Made by a program: the position numbers and the translations under genes. Of a DNA stretch of 64,000 nt, positions 50,520 through 64,000 are shown in pieces; the first letter of the stretch is position 1; each line of letters starts with the position of its first letter. The stretch lies in NCBI RefSeq assembly GCF_006345805.1, contig NC_043002.1:97030001-97094000 (forward strand). Direction: 5' to 3'. The notes under the pieces were generated by a model that ran no database searches, was not told where the DNA came from, and worked only from the letters and a program-made list of their open reading frames with translations. This stretch comes from Octopus sinensis. Taxonomy: Eukaryota.

Positions 50520-51838
50520 TCCGGGGAGAGACGCTCTCTCCACTCCTTTTCTGCCTGGCACTGAGACCTTTATCTGATATCCTAAACAGTAGTGGATGTG
50601 GATACAATTGTTACGGCAAAGCAGTCAGCCATCTCTTATATATAGATAATATAAAACAGTATACTACAAATGATATACAACCGGAAACATTATTACAGGC
50701 AGTACATAGATTTACGAAAGAAATAAACATGAAATTTAGCTTAGAAAAATGTGCCAAAGCAACCTTGAAAAGAGGAAAATCGTTAAGAGTATCAATATCA
50801 TACTAGACAGAGCAAATGAAATAAGAGAATTAGACCAAATAGTTAGGCATCAATGAACTGGATACGATGCAACACACACAAATGAAAGAGAAGATAAAAA
50901 AGAATACTATCGACGAGTTACATTAATATTGAAAACAGAGCTCAATGCGAAAAACAAGCTAATAGGTATCAATATTCTAGCCGTCCTACTTATAAATTAC
51001 AGGTACAATATTATTAACTGGACCCTAAATGAATTAATCAAAATACACAGGAAAACAAGAAAGATAATGACAGGATTTAGGATGCGCCACCCAAACTCTG
51101 ACATAGAAAGGCGATATATACAACATTTGGAAGTTGGTAGAGACCTTATAAAGTTAGAAAGCTATTGCAAAATAACCGCCATAGGACTACAGAAAAACCT
51201 ACTTCAGAAGCAAAGTAAACTAATACAAATATCCACAAAACATGAACAAAACAAAAAACTTTCAGCCTTTAAGGAAGTGAACAAATACAAAAAAGAAAAC
51301 GAAGAAACAACAAAGGGTTTAAAATAACTGAAATTCAAATTGGAACAGCAACGGATCATGATAAAACGATGGCAAGGAAAGCCCCTTCATTGTAAAAAAT
51401 GGGTTAAACTAACCAGAAAAGAAATAGACAAAGCAAAATCCCAGCTATGGTTGAGAAGTTCAGGACTCAAAGCAGGGACTGAAGGATTTTTAATTGTAGC
51501 ACAAGATAAAAGCCTTCCTACCAGACATTACCAAAAATATGTGATGAAAAGAAATACAAGTAACTGAAGGAAACGTGGAGATGGAAAAGAAGAAGCAATA
51601 AATCACATTGTCTCTGGCTGCCCAGTCCTAGCTAAGAAGGAATATATTCACAGACACGACAGAGTTGACACCTGTATACACTGGAAGCTATGCCAACACT
51701 ATGGAATAACAACAGAAAAAAGATGGTATATGCACACACCAGAAAAGGTCGCAGAAAAGGAAAAAATAACCATACTCTAGGATATGCTAATATACACAAA
51801 GATAGAGAAATCAACACCAATAGTTCGGATATAGTTGC
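50520..51838 (+). mobile_element. R4/Dong-like LINE fragment (RT and C-terminus), degenerate
   Basis: GIFRGDALSPLLFCLAL, SHLLYID, TEGFLIVAQD, EAINHIVSGCPVLAKKEYIHRHD. Confidence 0.85.
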
Positions 51839-51869
51839 TTGAATTTGAATTGCCTTAAAGGCAAGCATT

Positions 51870-51870
51870 G

Positions 51871-51929
<59 letters not shown>

Positions 51930-51977
51930 ATCTATATATCTATATCTATATATCTATATCTATCTATCTATCTATCA

Positions 51978-52036
<59 letters not shown>

Positions 52037-52037
52037 A

Positions 52038-52114
<77 letters not shown>

Positions 52115-52217
52115 GATACATCGATGGCCGGATACCCGAAGAGATGGCAGCGTAGATTTCCATCCCGTCATCCGAAACTCGGAGTTTTGTCAAATTGTCA
52201 CAGATTACATTTACAGT

Positions 52218-52255
<38 letters not shown>

Positions 52256-52275
52256 TATATATATATGTATGCATG

Positions 52276-52331
<56 letters not shown>

Positions 52332-52339
52332 CATGTATG

Positions 52340-52421
<82 letters not shown>

Positions 52422-52560
52422 TAAATATATATATTTGTCTATCTCTCTATCTGTCTGTCTATCAGTCAATCTATCTCTCAATCTATCTGTCTCTCTGTCT
52501 CTCTGTCTCTCTGTCTATCTGTCTGTCTATCAATTTATGTATCTATCTATTTGTGCATGT
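51870..52560. repeat. compound (ATCT)n/(TA)n microsatellite
   Basis: Seen directly. Confidence 0.95.
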
Positions 52561-52950
52561 ATATGCCTGTGCCCGTTTCTCATTATTTGTGTATCTATAT
52601 GAATGAAATTTTGTTTCTCCCCGTCATTCTTCCTATGGTCCTTGCAAGATGAAAAAAAAACAAGCTGCTGTTATATTCATCTGAGTATTTTAATCTCCTT
52701 TTCTTTGCTTTTACCCGCTGTATTGTTGTTGCTCTTGTTCATGCTGTTGCCATTTCTATTGTTGATGATGTTACCGTTGGTATTGTTACTAAAGCAGTTT
52801 CAGGTGCCAGGTATTATGCTGTAGATAAAAAAATATTCGAATATGAAACAATGATACAGACCACAACAAAAATTCTTCCCCATTCACCGTTCTGAATGCA
52901 CGTTTCATTAGTAAACGTATGACAAGCACCAACAGAAACAATGTTCATAA

Positions 52951-53180
52951 GGCGGCGAACTGGCAGAAATTTTAGCACATTGGGCGACATGCTTAGCGGT
53001 ATTTCGTCTACAGCTACGTTCCGAGTTCAAATTCCGCCGAGGTAAATTTGCCTTTCATCCTTTCGAGGTCGATAAATTAAGTACCAGTTATGAACTGGTG
53101 TCGATGTAATCGACTTAATACCTTTGTCTGTCCTTGTTTGTCTCCTCTATGTTTAGCCCCTTGTGGGCAATAAAAAAATA
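52951..53180 (+). mobile_element. SINE family A
   Basis: 18-bp TSD agaaacaatgttcataag at 52934-52951 and 53181-53198. Confidence 0.9.
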
Positions 53181-53219
53181 AGAAACAATGTTCATAAGTC
53201 ACCTACATCCCTGGAATAT

Positions 53220-53801
53220 TCTTTTCTACTCTAGGCATAAGGCTTGAAATTTTGGGGCAGGGGCCAGTCGGTTAGATCGACACCAGTAAGCATCTGGTTC
53301 ATAATTTATCGAGACCAAAAGGATGAAAAGCAAAGTTGTCCTCGGCGGAATTTGAACTCAGAACGTAGCGGTAAACGAAATACCTATTTCTGTACTACCC
53401 ACAAGGGGCTAAACACAGAGGGGACGAACAAGGACAGACAAACGGATTAAGTCGATTACATCGACCTCAGTGCGTAACTGGTACTTAATTTCTCGACCCC
53501 GAAGGGATGAAAGGCAAAGTCGACCTCGGCGGAATTTGAACTCAGAATGTAGCGGCAGACGAAATACCTTTTTTTTTACTACTCACATAGGGGTAAACGT
53601 AGAGAGGACAAACAAAGACAGACAAACGGATTAAGTCGATTATATCGACCCCAGTGCGTACCTGGTACTTAATTTATCGACCCCGAAAAGATGAAAGGCA
53701 AAGTCGACCTCGGCAGAATTTGAACTCAGAACGTAACGGCAGACGAAATACGGCTACGCATTTCGCCCGGCGTGCTATTGTTTCTGCCAGCTCGCCGCCT
53801 T
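53220..53801 (-). mobile_element. SINE family A multimer (three bodies)
   Basis: Same junction as 1509-2121. Confidence 0.85.
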
Positions 53802-54716
53802 ACAACTTTCGTATATTATCTAACAAAAGAAACTATTGACATTCGTTTAACTTTACTGGTTTCACAGCAAAGTCCATGCAAAATATTGCAGATTTTTTCC
53901 ACTGCACACTGTATTATGCCTATTTTATCTGTTTTAACAAATATATCTTTTAGGATGCTTCTCTTACCACAGCAGATTTCCAACCTTGGAATGGGTCATG
54001 GTTTCCTTATTTATGTCTCTATAGCAACTTCAGTATATGAAATCGATCGTGTTATTCGTACTGCAATAACAAACAGAAATACTATTTACTATTGATGGTC
54101 GCTATAAAGAAGAATTTCATTCCAAGACCTTTCCTTTACTTTCTCCTTAAACATGTTTATTTTACAGTCTTCTCTTACACTCAACTTTTTCCTATTCTTC
54201 TCACTCCACCCTCTATTCCACCCCCTCTGTAACACACTCTTTCTTTCTTGGTCACGATGGCATCCAACTGAAGATGTCACATAAGAGTAAATATTTATAG
54301 AAATTAAGTAATGCCGACTGTGAGACAACTAAACAGCTGTTCTCTTACACAACTTGTTCTGCGGGTCTATCTCATTCACTTCGTCGACATAATGCAAAGG
54401 CCAAGGCTGTTCGTTTACAGCTATAAAGCATGCGTTGATTCTCAATTATCATCGTCTGTCCTTCAGCTGCTTTCTACGCCACCAGTTCATGAGTATTTCG
54501 AAGACAATTACTGTGTAGCAGAAAAAGCTTACACTCTTTTACAAGTGATACAGCTGGATATGAGTGAAAATGTAAAATAACATATGGAGGTTTAATTTAA
54601 ATCCCTAAGTTAAATATATGTTTGTTTTTCTTTCTCCCAAGTATTGTCTCCAGAAAATTTGCTTTCTAACCTGCCAGTCAAACACATTGAACAGTTCCAT
54701 CTGAAACACTTCTGCA

Positions 54717-54789
<73 letters not shown>

Positions 54790-55066
54790 CTCTCTCTAAT
54801 CTCTCTCTCTCTCTCTCTCTATATATATTATATATACATTCACAGATATATACATGCATATATATATATATATTATATATATACATATATACACACATAT
54901 ATGTATATATATACATATATACACATATATATATATACATGCATATATATACACATATATATATATACATGCATATATATACACATATATATATATAATA
55001 TATATATATATATATACATATATATATGCATATATATATATATATATACATATATATAGATATAGA

Positions 55067-55109
<43 letters not shown>

Positions 55110-55170
55110 TATTCGCCAGAAATTAAAAAGTGAATTGCGAATAGCTACCTTAATAATTTTTATACATATG

Positions 55171-55220
<50 letters not shown>

Positions 55221-55829
55221 TAGATACATACATGCATACATACACACACACACACACGTATATATATATATATATAATATATATATATATTATATATATA
55301 TTATATATATATATATATATATACATTGATATATGTGCGTATTGTGTGTGTTTGTACGCATATGTGTGTGTATGTGTAGATCGATAGATAGATAGCAGAC
55401 ACATAGATAGAGAGAGACATTTCTATAAATATGAATGCGTGTGTATGTGTGTGTGCGAGATGCATGTGTGTGTGTGCCCCTGTGTGTGCTTCTATATGTG
55501 TGTATGTGTGTGTGTGTGTGTTTTGGTGAGTGCTGTTTTTTTTTTTTTTTGTTCTGATGCTGTGAATAACAATCAGTGAGCTGACATCAGCTTTAGCTTT
55601 GTTCATTTATGTTGAAGGAAATTATATTTTCTGATGTTTCTGCACGCAGCTGTTGCGATAGAGGCGAAGGCCTTCATTGTAGCAACCATAATAAATTAGC
55701 AACCAAAGACAGAAATTAGCAAACGAGTTTTTTTAATTTCTTTCTTTCTTGTTTTAATTTCTGGAATCCTTATTACAGTATGATATAAAATGCATAAGTA
55801 TTAATTGCTAATTAACGTGAGTAGAAATC

Positions 55830-56650
55830 TGTGTCTGTCTCTCTGTCTGTCTGTGTATGTGTGTGTTGGTGTATGTGTGTGCGTGTGTGCATGCGAGTGC
55901 GTGTGTGTGTGTGTGTGCGTGTGTGCGTATGTATGTGTGCGTATATGTGTGTGTGCATGTGTCTGTGCGTGTGTTTGTGTATTGCGTGTGTTTGTGATTG
56001 CGCGCGCGCACGCGTGTGTGTGTGCGCGTGTGCACGTGTGTGGTGTGTATGTGTGTGCGTGTGGTGCTGCGAGTGCGTGTGTGTGGGTGTGCGTGTGTGC
56101 GTATGTATGTGGGTGTGCGTGTGTGAATGTGTGTGTGCATGTGTGTCTGTGTATGTGCGCGTTTGTGATTGCGCGCGTGCGCAAGTGTGCGTGCGGGTGT
56201 GCACTTGTGTGTGTATGTGTGTGCGTGTGTGCGTGCGAGTGCGTGTGTGTGTGTGTGCGTGTGTGCGTATGTATGTGTGTGTGTGTGTGCGTGTGTGAAT
56301 GTGTGTGTGCATGTGTGTCTGTGTATGTGCGCGTTTGTGATTGCGCGCGTGCGCAAGTGTGTGTGCGGGTGTGCACTTGTGTGTGTATGTGTGTGCGCGT
56401 GTGTGTGTGCTTGTGTGCGTGTTTGTGTGCGCGTATGTGTGCGTTCGTTTGTGCGTGTGTATGTCTGTGTGCATTTTTGCGGGTGAGCGCGCGCGTATAT
56501 GCGTTTGTGTGTGTGTGTGTACACAGGGGAGAGGCCTGTTTTGCGATTTCTGGGAACTGTGAGTGAATGTTTTAGGCAGCATCTGTATACCCAATTTCGC
56601 CAAATCCCACGTGTATATTATGTATGTGTTTTATGTGCTTGTTTAAGTGT
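55830..56650 (-). repeat. dispersed repeat X plus expanded GT/CA-rich tail, copy 2
   Basis: Reverse complement of 44098-44404 with internal tail duplications. Confidence 0.75.
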
Positions 56651-56727
56651 ATATATACATACATATATATAGACACACACACAAACACAACACACACACA
56701 GACAAACACACACACACATATATATAT

Positions 56728-57810
56728 AAAGTTAATCCAAACATGAAAACACAAAGAGAAAACACAACAACGCGAGGACGTGGAACAAATATAGTATTAT
56801 TGGACGCTCAGGACGGAAGGAAAGAAGGAGGATTTAACGTTTCGAGCGGAGCTCTTCGTCAGAAACGTAGGAAAAGGAAAGATCAAAGAAGGGAAGACGG
56901 AGGAAAAAATCGCCATCGGTACACACGCGGCTGGAATGTCTGGAATGTCTGACATTCCACATATTCCAGAGAGTCCAGACATTCCTGACATTGCAGACAT
57001 TCTAGACATTCCTGACATTCCAGAAATTCGAAACATTCCAGACATTCCGCACATGACATTCTTGACATTCTGTGTCGTGACGTGACATTCGATTCCATTC
57101 CTTGACGTGACGTGAGATTCCATTCCATTCCATGACGTGACGTGACATTCCATTTAACGTCACGTCATGTAACGTCATTTAACGTCATTTAACGCCACGT
57201 CGTTTAACGTCCCCTCATATAACTTCATTTAACGTCCTTTAACGTCAAGTCATTTAACGTGACGTTATATGACGTTGCGTTAAATGACGTGAGATCAAGT
57301 GGTGTTAAATGTCGTTAAATGACGTGCCGTTAAACGACGTTAGGTGATGTTAAATGAAGGAGTATGACGTGACGATAAATGACGTTAATTGTCGTCAAAT
57401 GACATTCCAGACATTCCTGACATTCCAGATATTCCAGACATTCCAGACATACCTTACATTTCTGACATTCCAGTCATTCCAGGTACTCCGGACATTCCTG
57501 ACATTCCAGGTATTTTGGACATTCCAGACAATCCTGACATTCCTGACATTCCTGACATTCCAGACTTTCCAGACATTCCTGACTTTCCAGACATTCCTGA
57601 CATTCCAGACATTCCTCGCATTCCCGATTTTCCAGACATTCCAGGTGTTTTTGACATTCCTGACATTCCTGACATTCCAGACATTCCAGATATTCCTGAC
57701 ATTCCTGACATTCCAGATATTCCTGACATTCCTTGCATTCCAGACATTCCTGACGTTCCTGAAATACCTGACATTCTTGGCATTCCAGATATTCCTGACA
57801 TTCCAGACAT
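56728..57810 (-). mobile_element. composite: PLE pseudo-LTR plus 9-bp GACATTCCW minisatellite, copy 2
   Basis: 56728-56929 is the reverse complement of 42570-42780 with the same array junction; the array flips at 56950/56951. Confidence 0.75.
56832..56866 (-). ncRNA. minimal type I hammerhead (C3-G8), same core as 42634-42668
   Basis: Reverse complement reads GTTT-CTGACGA-A-GAGC TCC GCTC-GAAA-CG-TT/AAAT. Confidence 0.65.
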
Positions 57811-57832
57811 ATATATAGATACATGTCTGGAA

Positions 57833-57914
<82 letters not shown>

Positions 57915-58124
57915 ATTTCAACAATTGAGGGCAAAATTAATTAATTATTAATCAATTTCACCAAGTGTTCAGTATGCAAAGGACCATTCAAGGCGAATTC
58001 AATTATTACATTATATAAAAGGGCTTAGTAAAATAAATTACTTTGCCGCATACTTTTTTAGCTGCTATTTCTAATGAGTTCAGTATGCGGCAAAGTAATT
58101 TATTTTACTAAGCCCTTTTATATA

Positions 58125-58157
<33 letters not shown>

Positions 58158-58379
58158 GCACGGAAATCTTGACAGTGAAAGGTCGCGGTCTCAGAGCGAC
58201 GAAAATTATTTGGAAAATTAATTTGAATTGTTGGAATGAATCTAACGGTTTTTGTGTGTTCGCAAATGGCATATAAACACCTTTCACGCTGCAATTGTTG
58301 TGTATATATTTGTGTTCGTGAGTGTGTGTGTCCGAGAGTGAGTGTGTGTGTGTGTGTGTGTGTGTATGTGAGTGTTATG

Positions 58380-58672
58380 GCGCTCTGTCGGTTACGACGA
58401 CGAGGGTTCCAGTTGATCCGATCAACGGAACAGCCTGCACGTGAAATTAACGTTCAAATGGTTCAGCACTCCACAGACACGTGTAGTACGCGTGGGGTTT
58501 CAGCGTGACACAGAGTGTGACAGTGAAAGAGTACAGCAGGCTTCGCTACCACCACCATGCTGGAGCCTCGTGAAGATTTTAGGTATTTTCACTCGATAAG
58601 CACTCACAACGCCTCGTCTGGGAATCGAAACCGCGAGTCCGCTACCCTAACCACTGGATCAATGCGCCTCCA
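58380..58672 (-). mobile_element. SINE family C, internally deleted and diverged
   Basis: Homology to 24739-25122. Confidence 0.75.
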
Positions 58673-59519
58673 CTATATATGTGTATATGTATGTATGTAT
58701 GCATGTGTGTATGTATGTGTGTGTGTATGTGTGTATGCATGTATGTATGTATGTATGTATGTATGTATGTATGTATGTATGTATGTATGTATACGCAGAT
58801 AATTCAAGCTTGACTGGATCAATAATGGTGTTGCTTTAAGTTAAAGTGTAAAATGAATAGAAGACGTCGTTAGAGAACCGTCGGATTTGAGATTTAAATA
58901 CTTTGTAATATTACTGCAAATTCTTCACCAACCGGCTCTGCATTTCTAATAATGCCAAATGTTTTTTGCATTTCAATTTGTAACACACGTTCTCACAAAA
59001 ATTGGCTTCGCACCAATATTACTGGTACATCCTGGCAACTAAGTGTTGTAGTAACTGTGCTATGCATGCGAATTATGACTAATAAACCAGCCAGAAATTG
59101 TATACCCTGCAGTTAAACGGTAAAAACCAAGTGTGTATGCAATCCAGCAGTTGCCCTGTGTTTTAGCAGCTGTAGGCTTTTATCTATCTCGTAGTTTTGA
59201 GATGCCAGATATACAAATACACAAAGACGTGGGAAAAAGTATTGTCATCAAGCGGCGTGCGTGCACTTCCAAAATGAAAGAAGGATCGCATCACAGGTTT
59301 ACAACACTCGAGCCTTGACTGTTTCTCCTGCATTGGCGCTTTCGTATTATTATACGAATTTAGACTTTACTCTGTATAAAATTCATTCGTTAAAGGGTTG
59401 TGTTTCAAAAATATGTGCACCAATATTTAAAGAAGATTATAGCAGAAAAAACTGTTACACTAGATAGTGTAAAACTAGTCATACAACAGTTAAGATTGAA
59501 AACTTCTAGAAATATAGGT

Positions 59520-59730
59520 TTCAAATTTTGGTAAAGGTACAGCAATTTTGAGGGGTAGGGATGTCGATAAAATCAACTCCAGTGTTCAACTGGTACTTAT
59601 TTATATCGATCTCGAAAAGACGAAAGGCAACGTAGACTTCGGCGGAATTTGAACTCTGAACGTAAAGAGGGGCGAAATGCAGTTGAGCATTTTGCCTGGC
59701 GTGCGAACGATTCTGCCAGCTCACCGCCTT
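59520..59730 (-). mobile_element. SINE family A (older variant)
   Basis: Head and body homology. Confidence 0.75.
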
Positions 59731-60009
59731 ACCTTCTGGAAAAAGAAAGATATGACTTCTCCCCTCGGTTGAAGGGCGATTGTAATAATGGAATTAGCAA
59801 AATAAGAATGTTTAATTGAACGTAAAGTGCATGTAACCGTTTAACGGTTAAGAATTGAAGACTTTAATTACTTAAGGGTTTCTTGACTGGAAACTGGATT
59901 TCTTTAAATGCAGCTGGGACATTCAGCGATTGGATATATGAGACAAAACTTTTACGATAAAGAAATTAGGATGCCAATGGACGATGTTGTTGGTAGAAGT
60001 AATCAGGTA

Positions 60010-60440
60010 CGACCCAGTCATAGTGGCTGTTTGATTAGGTAACTCTGGTTTCCGGTTCAATCCTATTTGGCGACACGCTGAGCAAGTGTCCTCTACCATG
60101 GTCTAGGGCCGACAAATGTCTAGTGAATGAATTCGGTAGATGGAAACTGCGTTAAAGCTCATCATGTATATATGTGTGTGTGTGAAAGAGAGTATGTGTG
60201 TGTGTGAAAGAGAGTATGTGTGTGTGTGAGTCAGTGTTTATACCCCCACCCACCCAGCTTGACAACTGTTGTTGAATTTGTTTACGTTCCTATAACTTAG
60301 CAGTTCAGTAAAAGAAACCGAAAAAAATAAGTACCACACTTACAACTAAGTCCTGTGGGGTTTAATATATTTGACTAAGCCTTTGAAGGAGGTGCTCCAG
60401 CACGGCCGCAATCTAATAACTGAAATAAATAAAAGATAGA
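60010..60440 (+). mobile_element. SINE family B (old, diverged)
   Basis: Diverged homology along its length. Confidence 0.7.
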
Positions 60441-60724
60441 TTATATTAATTCACATAAGAAACAATGAAAATAATCTGATTGATGAAAAGAATACACCCT
60501 GATGGTGTTGGCTCAGGTGATTGTAAAACTATAAATATACTGTTCCACAATTAAAACTATATATTTTTTGTCTACCCCTTTTTCTATACATGTAAATATA
60601 AACATTTCTTAGTAGCTTCCATTTACATATTTCTCGTTTTATGTTTGTATATACTTTATAAATAATACACAGATCGCTTTTTTAAAGTACTATGATGTTT
60701 GAAATTCCGCAGATAAATTTGTCA

Positions 60725-61185
60725 GCGGGTCGTGTAGCTTAATGGTAAAACACTCAGGCGGAGTTTTTGAGGGATATGGGTTTGAGTCCCATGGATGGTG
60801 GTTAACAAATATATCCACCTTGTAAGGGTAATTTCCCAGTATTTCTGTTCTTCTAACGGCAACTCTGCGTTCGAAAATTTCATCTTTTTGTTTGTATTGT
60901 ACAATACACATATCGACGCTTCATATATTAATAATACTAATAAGCTGTTTGTTTACATTTATAAACATGGCTGATCTATAGAAGCTAAACTATTTAGCGT
61001 CTCATTTGGACGATGAAATTGTCAGCGTGCAGGTTAGGTTAACGGTAAAGTATCCAGCCGGAGTCATTGAGGGACATGGGTGCGACTCCCCTGCCTGGTT
61101 GTTGATAAATATTTCCTCTTGGTAAGTGTAATTTACCCAGTATTTCTGCTCTTGTAACAGCAACATTGCGTTCAAAAAATATCAT
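60725..61185 (+). repeat. two diverged tandem tRNA-headed repeats
   Basis: 60725-60890 resembles 61025-61185; the first copy has A box TAGCTTAATGG and B box GGTTTGAGTCC. Confidence 0.55.
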
Positions 61186-61464
61186 ATGCATATATATTTT
61201 TCGCCTACCCTTTTTTCTATACATATAAATATAAACATATATATGTATATTTATGTGTATGCACACACGCATATGCATATGCGTATATATATATATATAT
61301 ATATAACGTGACGTATTTTTGCCATTTCAATATGGCTAACCCTAAGGGTGGATGCTACTGTAGTTTTTAGCCCCAGGAGGACACACTCCTCCAGCTGGCC
61401 ATAGACCATATTATCATATTATCATTATATATATATATATTATCATATTTATCATATTTATCAT

Positions 61465-61526
<62 letters not shown>

Positions 61527-62351
61527 CTTCACATATATGTATGTATGTATATATGCACCAGAGCTGAACAAGAAACACCTGCAAATTTTTGATTGCAATA
61601 TTTCTTTCTGAAAAAGCAAAATATTAAAAATATTAAAATATTAAAATATTGCTGGTGGAACATCTTTCCTTATAATTTAATTACTACGATGAAATAATAA
61701 TAATTCCGACATTTAACAAGCATTTTCTTTGTATTTTCATTCTTTTACTTCAATGCTTGTTCTTTCACTCCATTCTTATTTCCCTCTTTCTTATTGTTTT
61801 TAACGTTTTTTTTGCAAATTTATTTTTCCTTCAGATAATATTAACCTAATAATATATCGAGCATTAAAATTCTCAGTGTTGTATTTCTGCGGCTAGTGGT
61901 TTTATCTGAGTAGCTTGTTGAAATTAAACCAATTGCCGAGTGCATTCGCACATTAACCATTCAAATACACATAGAAGTTTCAGCTAAATATTTATTATTT
62001 TAATGTCAACAAATTTCGTCGCACAATCTGCAACAGAGTCGATGACACGGTTACACTGCAGTTGTTGTAAGAAAAAGTTAGTGACATGTCGTTTGTAGTG
62101 TTAGGGACATTTTGGAACCAAATAGTAATTCTTTTGAATTTTGGCACAAGGCCAGAAATTGTGAGAGATAGGGGCGAGTTGACTGCATCAACCCAGGCTA
62201 GTACTGGATTTTATTGGCCTCGAAGAAATGAAGGTTACAATCGACCTCAGCAGAATATGAACACAAATGGTAGAGACTGAAAAAATGCTGGCTAGCGTAT
62301 TGACCGGCTCGGTAACGGTCCAGGAAGATAGGGTAGCGCCTTTCTTCTTGA

Positions 62352-62416
<65 letters not shown>

Positions 62417-62419
62417 CAA

Positions 62420-62730
62420 CAACAACAATTGGCAAAATGTTGAACCTCAAGATTAAAACAATACCTGTTGTCATAGGTGCCCTAGGAATGAAAGCAAAAG
62501 GCACAGATTCCTACCTAGCTCAGATACCAGGAAACCCCAAAATGGCAGAAATTCAAAAGATAAAATACTGTCTATGTAATCTCAAATTTTAAAACAAACA
62601 TAATTTTTTGATCCTTAAACATTCTCTAGAACAATACTACGTACAATACCAAATATATGACACCATAGGCATAACATCAACATGGACTTGTAACTTGTTG
62701 CCTCTTGATTTGGAGTCAAAAGTCAAACAT
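62420..62730 (+). mobile_element. R4-like LINE 3' fragment between (AAT)n tracts
   Basis: KTIPVVIGALG..IPGNPKMAEIQK, the RLE C-terminal region. Confidence 0.65.
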
Positions 62731-62764
62731 ATAATAATGATAATAATAATAATAATAATAATCT

Positions 62765-63345
62765 TTTTTCCTACTCTAAGCACAAGGCCCGAAATTTTGG
62801 GGGAGGGGGACAGTCGATTAGATCGACCCAAGTATGCAACTGCTACTTAAGTTATCAACCCCGAAAGGATGAAAGGCAAAGTCGAACTCGGCGGAATTTG
62901 AACCCACAACGTAATGACAGACGAAATACCTATTCTTTACCACCCACAAGGGGCTAAACACAGAGGGGACTAACAAGGACAGACAAACGGATTAAGTCGA
63001 TTACAACGACCCCAGTGCGTAACTGGTAATTAATTTCTCGACCCCGAAGGGATGAAAGGCAAAGTCGACCTCGGCGGAATTTGAACTCACAACGCAAAGG
63101 CAGACGAAATACCTATTTCTTTATTACCCACAAGGGGCTAAACATAGAGGGGACAAACAAGGACAGGCATAGGTATTAAGTCGATTACAATCGACCCCAG
63201 TGCGTAACTGGTACTTAATTTATCGACCTCGAAAGGATGAAAGGCAAAGTCGACCTCGGCGGAATTTGAACTCAGAACGTAACATCAGACGAAATACCGC
63301 TAAGCATTTCGCCCGGTGTGCTAACGTTTCTGCCGGCACGTCGCC
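62765..63345 (-). mobile_element. SINE family A multimer
   Basis: acgaaatacc recurs at 62921, 63104 and 63289 (about 184-bp unit). Confidence 0.85.
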
Positions 63346-64000
63346 AATCGGTTGTCAATTGGTGGTAGATGGACAAATATAAAGTGGAACATACGTATAC
63401 TCACACACACACACACACGCACACATACACACATACACACATACACACACACACTTATGTATATGTATGAGATTCCGTGTATCAAGTTCACTCCCAATGC
63501 ATTAGTTGACCCCCGGGTAATAGTAGTAAACGCTCGACCCAGACGCTGCGCAGGGAAACTCAACATGAAACCATGTAGTTGCGAAACGATATTCTTAAGC
63601 ATAGGCATAAACATTAATATTTTGAAACAGCTCGTACGAATTTCTAAAATGTGAGCATTCATTCAGACGCCAAAGACTTTTTTCTTCCTCCTTTCATCTG
63701 AACGGAGACATACGATCGGGAAACACTATCTCAGAGTAAGCATAAAGTGAGACGTGGACTGCGAACAAATATTTATACAATGGACTGCGCCGTATCCGAT
63801 ATCCATTTTATACGTAAATGTATAAAATCAATATGTGTGTGTGTGTGTGTGCGTGCGCGTATGACCATTACATATATATATAACATCACATATAATTATA
63901 CATTTCAAATACTTACTAATATTTTTAGATAGATAGATAGATAGATAGATGAATAGATAGATAGATATATAGATAGATAGATAGATAGACAGATAGATAG

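Noticed and set aside
57354-57934. DIP/MSG/LECQEC repeat proteins (also 42266-42641)
   Set aside because: A stop-free 9-bp repeat opens all frames on both strands; no splice signals or codon-level evidence.

Overview
AT-rich, microsatellite- and SINE-dense eukaryotic DNA. The SINE families look like those of Octopus (coleoid cephalopod), but that assignment rests on pattern recognition, not a search. Bases 337-28461 hold eight phase-compatible + strand exons of an SDS22-like leucine-rich-repeat protein with an LRRcap; its 5' end lies outside the window. The rest is mostly mobile DNA: tRNA-derived SINEs, Penelope-like elements (PLEs), R4/Dong-like LINE pieces in (TAA)n, mariner elements, a non-autonomous Helitron and MITE-like foldbacks. 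The main finding is a very young, non-coding 362-bp tandem repeat at 42901-44080, partly inverted and inserted in (TA)n. Each unit carries a full type I hammerhead ribozyme with a compensated U3-A8 core and an extended helix I, so it is a candidate non-LTR retrozyme (circular-RNA retroelement). A paralogous locus about 13 kb away shows the empty insertion site. Across the window, PLE-linked hammerheads use three different N3-N8 pairs (C-G, U-A, A-U). Also noted: a 9-bp minisatellite fused to a hammerhead-bearing pseudo-LTR, a SINE-derived 10x97-bp array, and a possible decayed YWTD/EGF gene. All structures were derived by hand and none has been tested computationally or experimentally.
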